Origin: Methanobacteriota archaeon
GTDB lineage: Archaea > Thermoplasmatota > Poseidoniia > Poseidoniales > Thalassarchaeaceae
Assembly (NCBI GenBank): GCA_029977385.1
Contig: JAPOKZ010000002.1
Span: forward strand, 15,492 to 79,491
DNA: 64,000 nt
Direction of reading: 5' to 3'
The notes under the pieces are model-generated. The model did not search any database. It had not been told where the DNA came from and saw nothing but the letters and a program-made list of their open reading frames with translations. Position numbers and translations under genes: made by a program. This document shows positions 10,704-20,573 of this stretch, piece by piece; position 1 is the first letter of the stretch, and every line of letters starts with the position of its first letter.

Positions 10704-12317
10704 TTAGTTATTTTTTCCCCATCGGCGAATAGTTTGCATCAACTTGCGCAACTCTTGTGGCGTGTACGTCCGGCTTTGGCTATAAGCCAATTCCACGAGA
10801 CGCGGATCCCCGATCATCGCCTGTACTTCAGGCGGAGGAGTCATTGCCATCTGATCTCTGGTAAGGTCGTGGTGAATCCTAACTTTAGTCAGAAGGGATT
10901 TCCTGACCCTATCTCTATATGTGGCCGGATCTAGTTTCTCAGGACGCTGGTTGAATTTAGTTAAATCAAACACATGCCTCCAATTCTCCTTTTCGGGGAC
11001 TACCATCATAGCTACGAGTAGGAGGAGGGTGACGTTCAGAACTACCAGCCACTTTAGGAATTGATTAGAAGTAAGCAAGACAACTGTCCCCATAGTCTGA
11101 ACGAAAGGCTCGGAGACAATTCCAGTTACGTGCCTGCTCTCGTCGAAAACGACTTGGAAGTTCGAAGGGTCAGTTCGAATCGGGGCATTCAGATCTACAT
11201 TATCGAACTCCATCATATCGTATACTAGTAGTCTGAAGTATCTCTCATTCCCATCCCACTCATTGTTATTGAGAATCTCTTGAGTCCAACAATTGTTTCG
11301 CGTGTAATCACCAATTGCCGAGCAGTCTTGACTTAGGCCTTGATCCTGAGCGACTGCTAGTTTCCATAGCATATTCGAGAAAGCCTCGTCATCCGCTACG
11401 AAAACAATGCTTCCGGTGACTTCCAACTCGCCGACTCCAGCCGAAAACGCCCCTCTGCCTTCATCGGCTACTTTGTCTAGGACTTTTATCCCAGGGTAGT
11501 CGAACCTCATCATTAGCCTAAGATCTCCAGTCGCAGGATTGGCAGGATTAGTTGGATCGCCATCTCCTGCTCGATCAATAAATGCTGAAGGAGAAGCGGT
11601 CCCTAGCGTCATGATTCTCCTGTGATTTGGGTCTTCGATATCTTTGTCCGTCGGTTCGAACATCATTCCTGTGGGGCCCTTGTACATCACGGGAAGCCTA
11701 CAGTCGTTCAGACCGTCCGGATTCTGAATCTGGAATGCAGTACATCCTTGCATCAGTGCTCCAGGGGACATATCCCCTATGTCCTGATTGACCGGAGACG
11801 CACTCCAGACATTGCCCCAGTCAATGAACTGATTCGACTGTTGAGTGTAAACCCAATGCTGCTTATCATCCAGCAGGGGCGCATCCATATATCTGACTCC
11901 GAATAGTATGGCTAGATTGTGGGCCTGAGTATTATCAGCCGCGACGATTACCTTTCCTCCTTTCTCAGTGACGAATCTGAAAATCTCATCTGCCTCGGTC
12001 TGATCGATCGGTTTCTCAGGAGCAACTATGGTCAGAAGTGTTCTATGCGGGTCCTTCCAATCATTTACCAGCATAGGTGTGGACATAGTATTAGCAACAT
12101 AGTAACCCGAGTCTCTATTCTCAACGTACTCTCCCTCGAAAGTATCTCTCATATCTGATAACTGGCCCAAGCCGTCGTTATCGTAAGCAGAATAATTTGA
12201 TGATTTTCCGACAACGAAGAACATGGGCATGACCAAGAGTAGGATTGACGTAATTACTAGGGAATACAAAACGTTCCTGTTGAATCTAGCTTCACTATCC
12301 ATGTCATCAATCGCCAT
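10704..12317 (-). CDS. Membrane-anchored DUF4350-like protein
   Basis: N-terminal TM, 'YSAYDNDGLG.S.M', 'FV.EKGG.VIVA' and 'VVFDESRH' then a TM; typical position upstream of moxR. Confidence 0.65.
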   Translation of the reverse strand: MAIDDMDSEARFNRNVLYSLVITSILLLVMPMFFVVGKSSNYSAYDNDGLGQLSDMRDTFEGEYVENRDSGYYVANTMSTPMLVNDWKDPHRTLLTIVAPEKPIDQTEADEIFRFVTEKGGKVIVAADNTQAHNLAILFGVRYMDAPLLDDKQHWVYTQQSNQFIDWGNVWSASPVNQDIGDMSPGALMQGCTAFQIQNPDGLNDCRLPVMYKGPTGMMFEPTDKDIEDPNHRRIMTLGTASPSAFIDRAGDGDPTNPANPATGDLRLMMRFDYPGIKVLDKVADEGRGAFSAGVGELEVTGSIVFVADDEAFSNMLWKLAVAQDQGLSQDCSAIGDYTRNNCWTQEILNNNEWDGNERYFRLLVYDMMEFDNVDLNAPIRTDPSNFQVVFDESRHVTGIVSEPFVQTMGTVVLLTSNQFLKWLVVLNVTLLLLVAMMVVPEKENWRHVFDLTKFNQRPEKLDPATYRDRVRKSLLTKVRIHHDLTRDQMAMTPPPEVQAMIGDPRLVELAYSQSRTYTPQELRKLMQTIRRWGKNN

Positions 12318-12429
12318 GGTTTCTGATCCCCTTTTAGTTGGGCCGTAGGCCCAAGCAACATCCTCCCGACAATTAAATCACGGTTATATGTTGCTGAGCA
12401 TAGTTCGCTAATCATGTTGGATGCGACAT

Positions 12430-13380
12430 TTATTCAATTAAATTCTCATTTCTTTGGATATAAGCCATTGCTGCAAGCAGTCCAATAGTTAGAACTCCCA
12501 ATCCGGGAGCTGGGAGGTTTGACTCTATCGAGTCCTCTGTATCGCTGACATCGTTATCCTGTCCCCCAGAGCCAGAATCTCCGGTTGGCGGAGGCTCCAC
12601 AGTAACTCTCACTTCGTCTTCCGAGGCACCGGATGCTCCATTCCTTTTCGATGTCACAGAAACCGTGATGTCACAGTGTCGCTTAGGATGGCTTTCTGAT
12701 GCGGTTACCCTGAGATCAGCATCCTTGGCTCTTCCGGACTCAATATTGCCGCTTACAAGCGCGTCTAGTCCATTATCCGTTGTCAATAGTGGGCAGTCGT
12801 CCCTTACGTTGACTTCGGCTACTCCATCCTGTGCGTTTCCATTATTTCTCACGGTCACGGTTAATATTGTCTCTGAGCCAGAGTTCATAGGTCCGAATGG
12901 CTCAGAAATATCCACGACTAAATCAAATATTGATGGTATCTCCAAGTCTCCCTCTCTGTTCTGTGAAGAAGATAGGGGATCTGGAATGCCCTGTCTAGCA
13001 GTTATCGTTGCTGTAATTGAGAATTTCTCTTTCTTTTCAGCGTCTTGGGATAGTACGTCTATTCCACTGATCTTTAGATCAAATGTCTCGTTCGTACCGG
13101 AAGAAATGGACTCTTCCTCGGGACCCTCATGACTTCCTCCGAACGGAATATTATACTCAAACTGAACCGTTATCTCTGTCAATCCTGAATTTTCTACGAA
13201 GAACTCGACCTTAGCCGAACCATCGTCTGACAAGACAAAAGAATTGGTTGCGTCCTCTCCTGGATATTTTATCCCTAACTCCCAGGATTCCAACTCCTGT
13301 CCAGATGAGGGGGGGACTGACACTATAGATGCCGTTAGAATGGCCCAAATCATCAAAGAGCGAACTCTCAAACTCATCAA
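12430..13380 (-). CDS. Secreted Ig-like cell-surface protein with C-terminal LPAPG + TM sorting-like signal
   Basis: Signal peptide, 'VTVRNNGNAQD' Ig-like repeats, acidic linker and LPAPG-hydrophobic-R tail. Confidence 0.7.
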   Translation of the reverse strand: MMSLRVRSLMIWAILTASIVSVPPSSGQELESWELGIKYPGEDATNSFVLSDDGSAKVEFFVENSGLTEITVQFEYNIPFGGSHEGPEEESISSGTNETFDLKISGIDVLSQDAEKKEKFSITATITARQGIPDPLSSSQNREGDLEIPSIFDLVVDISEPFGPMNSGSETILTVTVRNNGNAQDGVAEVNVRDDCPLLTTDNGLDALVSGNIESGRAKDADLRVTASESHPKRHCDITVSVTSKRNGASGASEDEVRVTVEPPPTGDSGSGGQDNDVSDTEDSIESNLPAPGLGVLTIGLLAAMAYIQRNENLIE

Positions 13381-14360
13381 CTCACCAGTAATTTTCTACA
13401 TGCCCTTTTCGTTAAGACCTTCACCATCTTCCTTCTATATGATGGCGAGAACCAGGTGTTCTGGACAGGCTTAACTGCATTTCTAATAGACTCTGCTAGG
13501 TTTTCCACGGTCTCCGCTCCACTCCAGTTCTCTAGCGCGTCTTCGGCTTCTTCTGAATGCAAACTAGGAATCGACTCTAGGCCAGTGGTTGCCACTCTCA
13601 GACTAGACGGCCCTTCCTCCTTATCACCCTTCCAGAGGACTGCTACGCCTGCTTCAGGGAAGTCCCACGACTCGCGCTGCCTCAACTTCTGGTAGTCTCC
13701 GCTCCAATCAGATGAATCTTCAGGGAGGGTGATGTGAGTTACCATTTCTCCGGTTTTTAGGACATTCCTGGTCATTCCATCTAACTCGAAGAAATCACAT
13801 AGCGGCATCGAGCGCGTTCCTTCGGGGGATGCTAGGTGGATTGTAGCTTCTAGACACATCAAGACGGGCGCTAAATCAGCTTGATAGGTCGCAACGCATA
13901 GAGTATTCTGGTTTGGAATAACTCTACAATCAGCCCCAGTACCACAATCACATTTGTGACACCAGTCAATCGACTCTCTCCATGTTTCCGACTGATTAAT
14001 CCAGTAGCAGCGCGTATCTAGACAAATATTTCCGCCAACGGTTCCGGACCTCCTGATCATCACGCTGGCGATTGAGTCTGCGGCCTTGGCCAAGACAGGA
14101 TGAGTCGACTCGTGATCCGATAACTCATTGATACTGACCATAGCACCAATGCTTGTTCCACTAATTTCTCGTAGCTCTGGGATAGAAGATAGAGAGATAA
14201 CGTGCCCCTTCACATTTATGTGCCACTTGTAGTTTGGAAGAAGGTCAGTTCCTCCAGCCACCCAATCGAAATCCTCTCCAGATTCAGAAAGCTCTCTCGA
14301 CATTTTTAGTGCTTCATCCAAACTCTTCGGCGAATGAACACGGAAGGGTGGCATCCTCAT
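13377..14360 (-). CDS. hcrB: 4-hydroxybenzoyl-CoA reductase-like beta subunit (FAD + Cys insert for [4Fe-4S])
   Basis: AGGTDL FAD motif; GTVGGNICLDTRC...NQS..WR...CHK...C.V.......C insert typical of HcrB. Confidence 0.78.
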   Translation of the reverse strand: MRMPPFRVHSPKSLDEALKMSRELSESGEDFDWVAGGTDLLPNYKWHINVKGHVISLSSIPELREISGTSIGAMVSINELSDHESTHPVLAKAADSIASVMIRRSGTVGGNICLDTRCYWINQSETWRESIDWCHKCDCGTGADCRVIPNQNTLCVATYQADLAPVLMCLEATIHLASPEGTRSMPLCDFFELDGMTRNVLKTGEMVTHITLPEDSSDWSGDYQKLRQRESWDFPEAGVAVLWKGDKEEGPSSLRVATTGLESIPSLHSEEAEDALENWSGAETVENLAESIRNAVKPVQNTWFSPSYRRKMVKVLTKRACRKLLVS

Positions 14361-17146
14361 TTACGACCCTCCGCATGACGTCTTTCTTTGTGCTCCCAAG
14401 CTCTTCCAGCCAATCTAGGAGACTCCAGATATCCCTCTCCCGGGGTCACTCTTACTGACCACCTCGGATCAACTTCGTCAGGAGGTATAGCTGGGTCTAG
14501 GCCGAATAATGCACCATTGTGATAATCCGATCTATCCTCATCAAGCCTCCTATCCTTATCTCTAATGCCATGTTCGTCGGCCCTTTTTTCTAGAACTGCT
14601 TGAAGGTCTGAGTGTTGAAGAGAGGGGTTTGTCAGATTATTCGGGTCTGATACCCCTTCTTCTCTACAACGCTTCTCAATCATTTTGTATACCTTCTCTG
14701 GCGACATTGGTAACTCAGAGGTTCTGATTCCTATAGCATCGTAAACGGCATTACAAACAGATGGTAGAATCGGAAGTAGAGGCCCCTCTCCGGCTTCTTT
14801 GGCTCCAAACGGTCCTTCTGGATCATTAGACTCCACGATTATTGGAATTACTTCAGGCATTTCGTGAATACTTGGAATCTTGTAATCTAGGAGATCTGGA
14901 TTCATCAGATTTCCACTTCTCCCATATCGCATTTCTTCCGATAGAACCTGACCCATCCCCATGTGACAAGATCCAATTATCTGTCCCTTTACTGCCAACG
15001 GATTCAGAGCCTTTCCACAATCGTGAGCCGCCCATACCTTGTCTACCTTTATTTGTCCAGTTTCCACATCTACTGAGACTTCTGTGACATACGCAGAGAA
15101 AGAGTATGCTGGTGCAAGTCCAGCCGCCGCTCCCTTGTGCATCTTCCCCATAGGGGGCGTCCTGTATGCTCCAGAGGCAACCAAGGCTCCCCTATCTTCT
15201 TGGGATTTGTGAAGAGCTTCGAGGTAGGAGACTCCAACCGCTGGATCCTTCTTCAGGAAGATTCTCCTATCCCCAATAATCAAACCACTTCTTTCCGCCC
15301 CTGTGATTTCTACAGTAGCATCAAGTAACTCATCCCGGATTTGCATAGCTGCTGAAATAGCCGCATTGGCATTCATGAAAGTCACTCTGGACGAGTAAGA
15401 ACCCAAGTCCACAGGAGAAGTGTCCGAATCTCTCGATTTCACTCTGATCATATCTAGAGGTAGACCTAGTACCTCTGCAACAGATTGGGCTACGACTGTG
15501 TCTGACCCTTGACCTATGTCTGCGGCCCCAGTATGGATGGTGACTCCACCATCCATATCGATCTTCAGATGAACGGTTGCATGGGGAAACTTATTCGGAT
15601 CCCAGTGGATAGGAAGTCCACTCCCTGAAATGAAGAAACCGCAACCAATTCCAATTCCCTTGCCAAGAGGAAGTTTGCGGAATTTTCTATCCCAGCCACT
15701 TTCTTCTCTGACCCTCTCTAGACAATCTCTCATCCCTATGCTTGTTACTCTGAATCCGGTAATTGTGGCCGAGTGTGGGGGTAGAAGGTTTGCTAAACGC
15801 AAAGATATCGGGTCAACACTCAACTTCTCAGCTAAGTCATCAAGACCTACTTCCACTGCGCATCTAGAATTAACCGCTCCATGACCTCGCATAGCACCAC
15901 TGGCAGGTTTGTTCGTCCAAACCCTAGCCCCCGTGTAGTGGAAAGCACCGATTTCGTAGGGGGCAGTATGGAGAACTCCATTGTAATAGGTTGTAACATG
16001 CCCGAAAGATGCGAATGCACCTCCATCTATTAGTGCGTCAGTCTCTATCCCGCATATTCTTCCTTCGTCATCGGCATGCAGGTTCATCTCAATTCGAGAA
16101 GGATGGCGACCTCTGTTTACCCAGTAAACCTCCTCTCTGTCGAAAGTTATGCGAACGGGTTTACCAGACTTCCTCGCAAGAATCGCCGCACACATTTCAT
16201 GCGGGAAGGGATCAGACTTTCCACCGAAACCACCCCCGACAAAGGTCCTATGAACATTGATTTGGTGCATTGGAATCTCCAATACATCAGCCAGCGCTCT
16301 GTGAACGTAGTGCGGAACCTGCTGCGGTGTGTATAGGGTGAGTCTTCCTGACGGGTCCCAGTGCGCCACTACTGCATGTGGCTCGGTAAATGCGTGGTTC
16401 ACTCCGGCGAAAATCCAATTCTTTTTGTGGCTAGCAACAGAATTTTCTTTCATTCCCTCAATATCTCCGAATTCTTGGAACACTCTCTTCTGGATGTTTG
16501 AATCTCCAATGTGGTATTGTCCCCTGTCATGAATGGGGTCTTCGTTATCTTCGAGCCCCTTTCTCATGTCATGAATCGGTTCAATCAATTCGTACTCCAC
16601 TTCGATAAGCCTCTCCGCCTCTCTAGCGGTAGCCTCGTCGATTGCTGCTACGCATGCCACAAGATCTCCTGCATGTCGAACCTTTTCTACAGCCATCGCA
16701 TGCTCGTCCTTTGTCACAGGGAGAACCCCGAACCTATTCTTCGCATCATCTCCCGTTGCAACTGCGACTACTCCAGGTAACTCCAGGGCCTTTGTGCAAT
16801 CAACAGATAGAACCCTGGCATAGTGATGAGGGGAACGTACAATCCGTCCAATCAACTCTCCTGGGAGTCTTACGTCGTCTCCGTAATGTGCCTGCCCAGT
16901 TACCTTCCAAGAACTATCCACAAGGGCAGTCGATTTACCAATCACTCTTCCGCTAATCAGCCCATCGTGCCTGTGCGAGCCCCATTCCTGGGCTAGCTTC
17001 CCACCTTGAGACTCGGGAATCATTTCTGGATCTGTCGTCTCAGAGAATTTTCCTTTCCCCCCTGATCCAGGTCTAGAAAATGGAAGTTTTCCGGGTTGTT
17101 GCCTGTAGCCCACTATTTCCTTCGGAGTATCCTCTTTTTCAGACAT
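14357..17146 (-). CDS. hcrA: 4-hydroxybenzoyl-CoA reductase-like alpha subunit (xanthine oxidase family Mo subunit)
   Basis: QVPHY, GGGFGGK, AMRGHG, DIGQGS, GSYSSRVT and GAKEAGEG motifs; ATG at 17146 abuts the hcrC stop. Confidence 0.78.
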   Translation of the reverse strand: MSEKEDTPKEIVGYRQQPGKLPFSRPGSGGKGKFSETTDPEMIPESQGGKLAQEWGSHRHDGLISGRVIGKSTALVDSSWKVTGQAHYGDDVRLPGELIGRIVRSPHHYARVLSVDCTKALELPGVVAVATGDDAKNRFGVLPVTKDEHAMAVEKVRHAGDLVACVAAIDEATAREAERLIEVEYELIEPIHDMRKGLEDNEDPIHDRGQYHIGDSNIQKRVFQEFGDIEGMKENSVASHKKNWIFAGVNHAFTEPHAVVAHWDPSGRLTLYTPQQVPHYVHRALADVLEIPMHQINVHRTFVGGGFGGKSDPFPHEMCAAILARKSGKPVRITFDREEVYWVNRGRHPSRIEMNLHADDEGRICGIETDALIDGGAFASFGHVTTYYNGVLHTAPYEIGAFHYTGARVWTNKPASGAMRGHGAVNSRCAVEVGLDDLAEKLSVDPISLRLANLLPPHSATITGFRVTSIGMRDCLERVREESGWDRKFRKLPLGKGIGIGCGFFISGSGLPIHWDPNKFPHATVHLKIDMDGGVTIHTGAADIGQGSDTVVAQSVAEVLGLPLDMIRVKSRDSDTSPVDLGSYSSRVTFMNANAAISAAMQIRDELLDATVEITGAERSGLIIGDRRIFLKKDPAVGVSYLEALHKSQEDRGALVASGAYRTPPMGKMHKGAAAGLAPAYSFSAYVTEVSVDVETGQIKVDKVWAAHDCGKALNPLAVKGQIIGSCHMGMGQVLSEEMRYGRSGNLMNPDLLDYKIPSIHEMPEVIPIIVESNDPEGPFGAKEAGEGPLLPILPSVCNAVYDAIGIRTSELPMSPEKVYKMIEKRCREEGVSDPNNLTNPSLQHSDLQAVLEKRADEHGIRDKDRRLDEDRSDYHNGALFGLDPAIPPDEVDPRWSVRVTPGEGYLESPRLAGRAWEHKERRHAEGRK

Positions 17147-17147
17147 A

Positions 17148-17717
17148 CTAATCTCCACCAAATCCTGGATGAGGATCGCTCTTTGAATCAGTCGAGTCAC
17201 TAATTGATTCTCCCGAGATTAGGATTTCCGAAGCAGCTTTGACAGAGTCCACTATCTGTTGGAAGCCAGTGCATCGACATAGGTTTCCCTCTATTGCTTG
17301 CTTAATCTCTTTATCATCGGGTTTGGGATTTTCAGATAGCAATGCAGAAATTACCACTAGGAAACCTGGAGTGCAGAATCCACACTGACTGCCTCCGCAC
17401 TCGGCGAATGTCTGCTGTATCGGGTGCAGATGGTGCCCATCAGCCAATCCCTCTACCGTTGTGATATCGGTTTGTTCCGCATCTACTGCTAATGTCAGAC
17501 AAGACAATCTAGGCTCCCCGTTAATTAGTACAGAACAGCAACCACAAGTCCCCATATCGCATCCGCGTTTAGTCCCCAGACTTCCGACTCTATCCCTCAA
17601 AATGTCTAGCAGAATCGCATTGCTCTCGATAAAAAAAGTAACTTCATCGCCATTCACCTTGGCATTCCACTCGACCGAATCGGAAGGGGGTAGCATAGGT
17701 AGCCGGAACTGCACCAC
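17148..17717 (-). CDS. hcrC: 2x[2Fe-2S] small subunit (HcrC/CoxS-like)
   Basis: GTKRGCDMGTCGCC, QCGFCTPG and GNLCRCTG; start uncertain (17738, 17717 or 17696). Confidence 0.8.
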   Translation of the reverse strand: MVQFRLPMLPPSDSVEWNAKVNGDEVTFFIESNAILLDILRDRVGSLGTKRGCDMGTCGCCSVLINGEPRLSCLTLAVDAEQTDITTVEGLADGHHLHPIQQTFAECGGSQCGFCTPGFLVVISALLSENPKPDDKEIKQAIEGNLCRCTGFQQIVDSVKAASEILISGESISDSTDSKSDPHPGFGGD

Positions 17718-17764
17718 ATTGTGACCAATCGAGCTCATCCTTTGAGCATTCGGTTCCGGTGAGA

Positions 17765-18409
17765 CTATTGGAAATCCTTGACTGCTCTTTTTAGAACTTC
17801 AGACTCTGCTCTTTTCAGATGCTCGCCAGTCGTGCTTCTGGCTATTCCTAGCTCATCTGCAAGTTGCTTCAATGTGACCTCTCCTCCATCTTCGTAGTAG
17901 CCTCTGAACACGGCAAGTTCTAGCACCTCTCTCTGTTTTTCTGTTAGGAAATCGAGATCTTTTGAAGAACCATTCTTCACTGTCTGAACACTAATTGTGT
18001 CGGGAGGCATTACTTCTCTAACGAACTCCAGGAAACTTCGTATCGAACTAGAAATTCCAAAGATTCTGAATTCTAAACCGTTTTTTGAATCGATCCCGTA
18101 GGGGGGGTAGACATAGATGTTCGATAACTCCAATGCCGAAAGTGCTAGAGGATGGGTGCAAAGAATACTAACCAGTATCCCATCCTCATCCTCTTCGTGT
18201 GTTTCGAGAACCTCAAAACTCTCTAACTCTGAGATTTCAGACAGATTACGTCCTTTGTTAATCTTCAACTCTACCAATTGGGTAACTCCTCCAGGATTAG
18301 TAGAAAGGTGCCCGAGAACCTCTATTCTCTGGCATATTTCCATCATTTCGTCTATCTCGTCAATCCCGCAAAGTGAGGAAACCTTCCACCTTAGGAGCAC
18401 CTTCCTCAT
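17765..18409 (-). CDS. Bat/HTH_10 family transcriptional regulator
   Basis: C-terminal LTEKQREVLELAVFRGYY...TLKQLADELGIARST..EHLKRAE. Confidence 0.88.
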   Translation of the reverse strand: MRKVLLRWKVSSLCGIDEIDEMMEICQRIEVLGHLSTNPGGVTQLVELKINKGRNLSEISELESFEVLETHEEDEDGILVSILCTHPLALSALELSNIYVYPPYGIDSKNGLEFRIFGISSSIRSFLEFVREVMPPDTISVQTVKNGSSKDLDFLTEKQREVLELAVFRGYYEDGGEVTLKQLADELGIARSTTGEHLKRAESEVLKRAVKDFQ

Positions 18410-18446
18410 AGGAATGGGAATCTATTCTTGATATTTAGAGCACACC

Positions 18447-19661
18447 CTAGTTCCAATATGCCTCTCTTATGTCTTGATTCGACTCCATACAGAGCTCCAC
18501 GTCGAATGGTCTCTGAGACATCGAACTGCTCCCATTCAGGTGTTCGATAATGGGGATGACATTGCTTTCGTTAACTACTCCCCACCCTACTTGTGTGCAG
18601 GGAGCAACAGGCGAAATTGGCGTTGTACCCGATAGAGGATCCCAAGTGGAAAATGACGGATACCATGCTGATAGATTCAATGCATCCCTAATGTCATCGT
18701 TGGTAAGAGAAAAATTCGATCCGTTCACTAATAGCCCCATTCTTTCTTCAGGATCGGCGCCAGAGGAAAAATCTCCATATTCTGACCTGAGTGAGACCAA
18801 TACTTTGGAGAGTAATCCAGCTGTCCTTGGTGTAGCAAACGAGGTCCCCGAGGTCTGATGATAACCATCAATATCATCATGATTGGGAAGCATTTGAGTC
18901 CAGTCTGCAGCTATGTCAGGGTATGATCCACTCATCGTCTCTTTCTGATCATCATCCTCTTCAGCATAACCCGAAACACCAATACTCCATGGGGGTCCTG
19001 CTGTGGAGTCTTGAACTGCGGGAGAAGGGGAGTTGTCCGCAGCACCTGTATGGATTTTATTTTCCTGTACTACTGCCACTTTAGTAGCATCTTCGATACC
19101 CGGAACAGGTACTGAAAGTATAGGCCCGAAACTCGTGGTAATCAAATCCACCAGAGGTTGGTTAGCAGCTGCGAGTACAGCTGCATCACTGAAACCCTCT
19201 ACGAAGAAAATTACCGCATCAGGATTCGCATCAATAACTGCCCCGGTTACTGCAGTTCCGTGCCCATCACTCGGATCGTCAAGTATTGGAATATCGGTAT
19301 TATCATCGGGGGTGGTCCCAATTATTCTCGAGCCCTTGAACCACACTATGTCTCCGGAACCAATCACATCCCAGCAACTCTCCCTATCGGCTTCGTATCT
19401 CTCTTCCCAAGTTCCATTTTTGCTTATTTCACAAACCTTGTTCACTCCCAGTTGATCCAGAAGCCATTGGGGGTAAGACTCGTTCATCGAGAAGTGATTG
19501 TGATATACGTTTATTCCCGTATCTACGGGAGCAACTACGCTGAATGCTCCGAAGTTTTCCTCGATAACTAGGGGGGCCTCGTCACTCCCCTCCTCCCCAA
19601 TACAGCCTGCTAAACTCGCAGAAATGATGAGTATAGAAGTCAGAGCGGGCAGGACCTTCAC
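18447..19661 (-). CDS. S8 (subtilase) serine peptidase, lipoprotein
   Basis: Lipobox LAGC; catalytic triad motifs DTG, GHGT and SGTSFATP. Confidence 0.85.
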   Translation of the reverse strand: MKVLPALTSILIISASLAGCIGEEGSDEAPLVIEENFGAFSVVAPVDTGINVYHNHFSMNESYPQWLLDQLGVNKVCEISKNGTWEERYEADRESCWDVIGSGDIVWFKGSRIIGTTPDDNTDIPILDDPSDGHGTAVTGAVIDANPDAVIFFVEGFSDAAVLAAANQPLVDLITTSFGPILSVPVPGIEDATKVAVVQENKIHTGAADNSPSPAVQDSTAGPPWSIGVSGYAEEDDDQKETMSGSYPDIAADWTQMLPNHDDIDGYHQTSGTSFATPRTAGLLSKVLVSLRSEYGDFSSGADPEERMGLLVNGSNFSLTNDDIRDALNLSAWYPSFSTWDPLSGTTPISPVAPCTQVGWGVVNESNVIPIIEHLNGSSSMSQRPFDVELCMESNQDIREAYWN

Positions 19662-19692
19662 GACTTCCGGAATTTAACCCCTAATTTGATAC

Positions 19693-20532
19693 TTAGGTAA
19701 GCATGGACTTCCTTTCCAGAGATAGAACCTCTGCACAAACTGCAATTGCAATCTCTTCTGGGGAATCTGCTCCTATGTCTAGACCAATCGGGCATCTCAC
19801 GGAGTCAATAAGCAACTTCTCTACCCCACTCTCAAATGCCTTCTTCTCAAAAGCCGACCATTTCTTCTTAGATCCGATAGCCCCAATCCTTGGCCTTCCG
19901 ACTTCATTGCAAGCTCCAAGTAGTCCTATGAGCAACTCTTCGTCAACAGACCAATCATGACTCAAAAGTAGAATATCAGAAAAACGGCTTAGAGACTCCT
20001 TGGTTTCCTTTCCAAGAAAATCCTCAACAGAGGAGCAGAAGTGCTCCTTAGCACCCGGATAACGACGCACGTTACAATACTCTTCCCTGACATCGAATAC
20101 GCTATACGGCCAATCGAGAGAATCGCACGTTCCTGCTATGGAGAGCCCCACATGTCCCCCTCCTGCGATCAGGATATTCGGCAGCGGCTCGATCACCTCC
20201 ATAGATACAGTCACCTGCCCTCCGCATAGGCTGTCAAGGGAAGAAACCTCTTTTCCTTTCCCATCTCTGTTCAGTAAGAATTTCTCAATCCTCCCTCCTC
20301 TTTTCCTGATGTATGAAATGTCATGATCAAGAATTTCTCCAAGTGCCTTTTCCACCCTAAGCTCCAATCCTGCTCCGCCCACAGTTCCGTATTTTGCTCC
20401 AGATGAACCAATTGCCAATCTTGCACCGGGTTTTCCCGGAACGCTACCTTTAGCCTGAATAACCGACGCAATAGCTACTCTTTCTCCAGACCTTGCCCTT
20501 TCGAGGGCCCAAGATAGCACCGCTATTGTCAC
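19693..20532 (-). CDS. xdhC: XdhC/CoxF family Moco-insertion chaperone
   Basis: GSVPGKPGA, GTVGG, CGG, GGGHVG, IGSKKK and PIGLDIGADSPEEIAIAV motifs. Confidence 0.9.
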   Translation of the reverse strand: MTIAVLSWALERARSGERVAIASVIQAKGSVPGKPGARLAIGSSGAKYGTVGGAGLELRVEKALGEILDHDISYIRKRGGRIEKFLLNRDGKGKEVSSLDSLCGGQVTVSMEVIEPLPNILIAGGGHVGLSIAGTCDSLDWPYSVFDVREEYCNVRRYPGAKEHFCSSVEDFLGKETKESLSRFSDILLLSHDWSVDEELLIGLLGACNEVGRPRIGAIGSKKKWSAFEKKAFESGVEKLLIDSVRCPIGLDIGADSPEEIAIAVCAEVLSLERKSMLT

Positions 20533-20573
20533 GTCCTACCTGAGGGGGCACTCATCCTTTGGGGTTGCGATGC

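Noticed and set aside
14357..17146. Aerobic CO dehydrogenase (coxL) interpretation
   Set aside because: Lacks the AYxCSFR/AYRGAGR active-site loop; has AMRGHG and an HcrB-type FAD subunit
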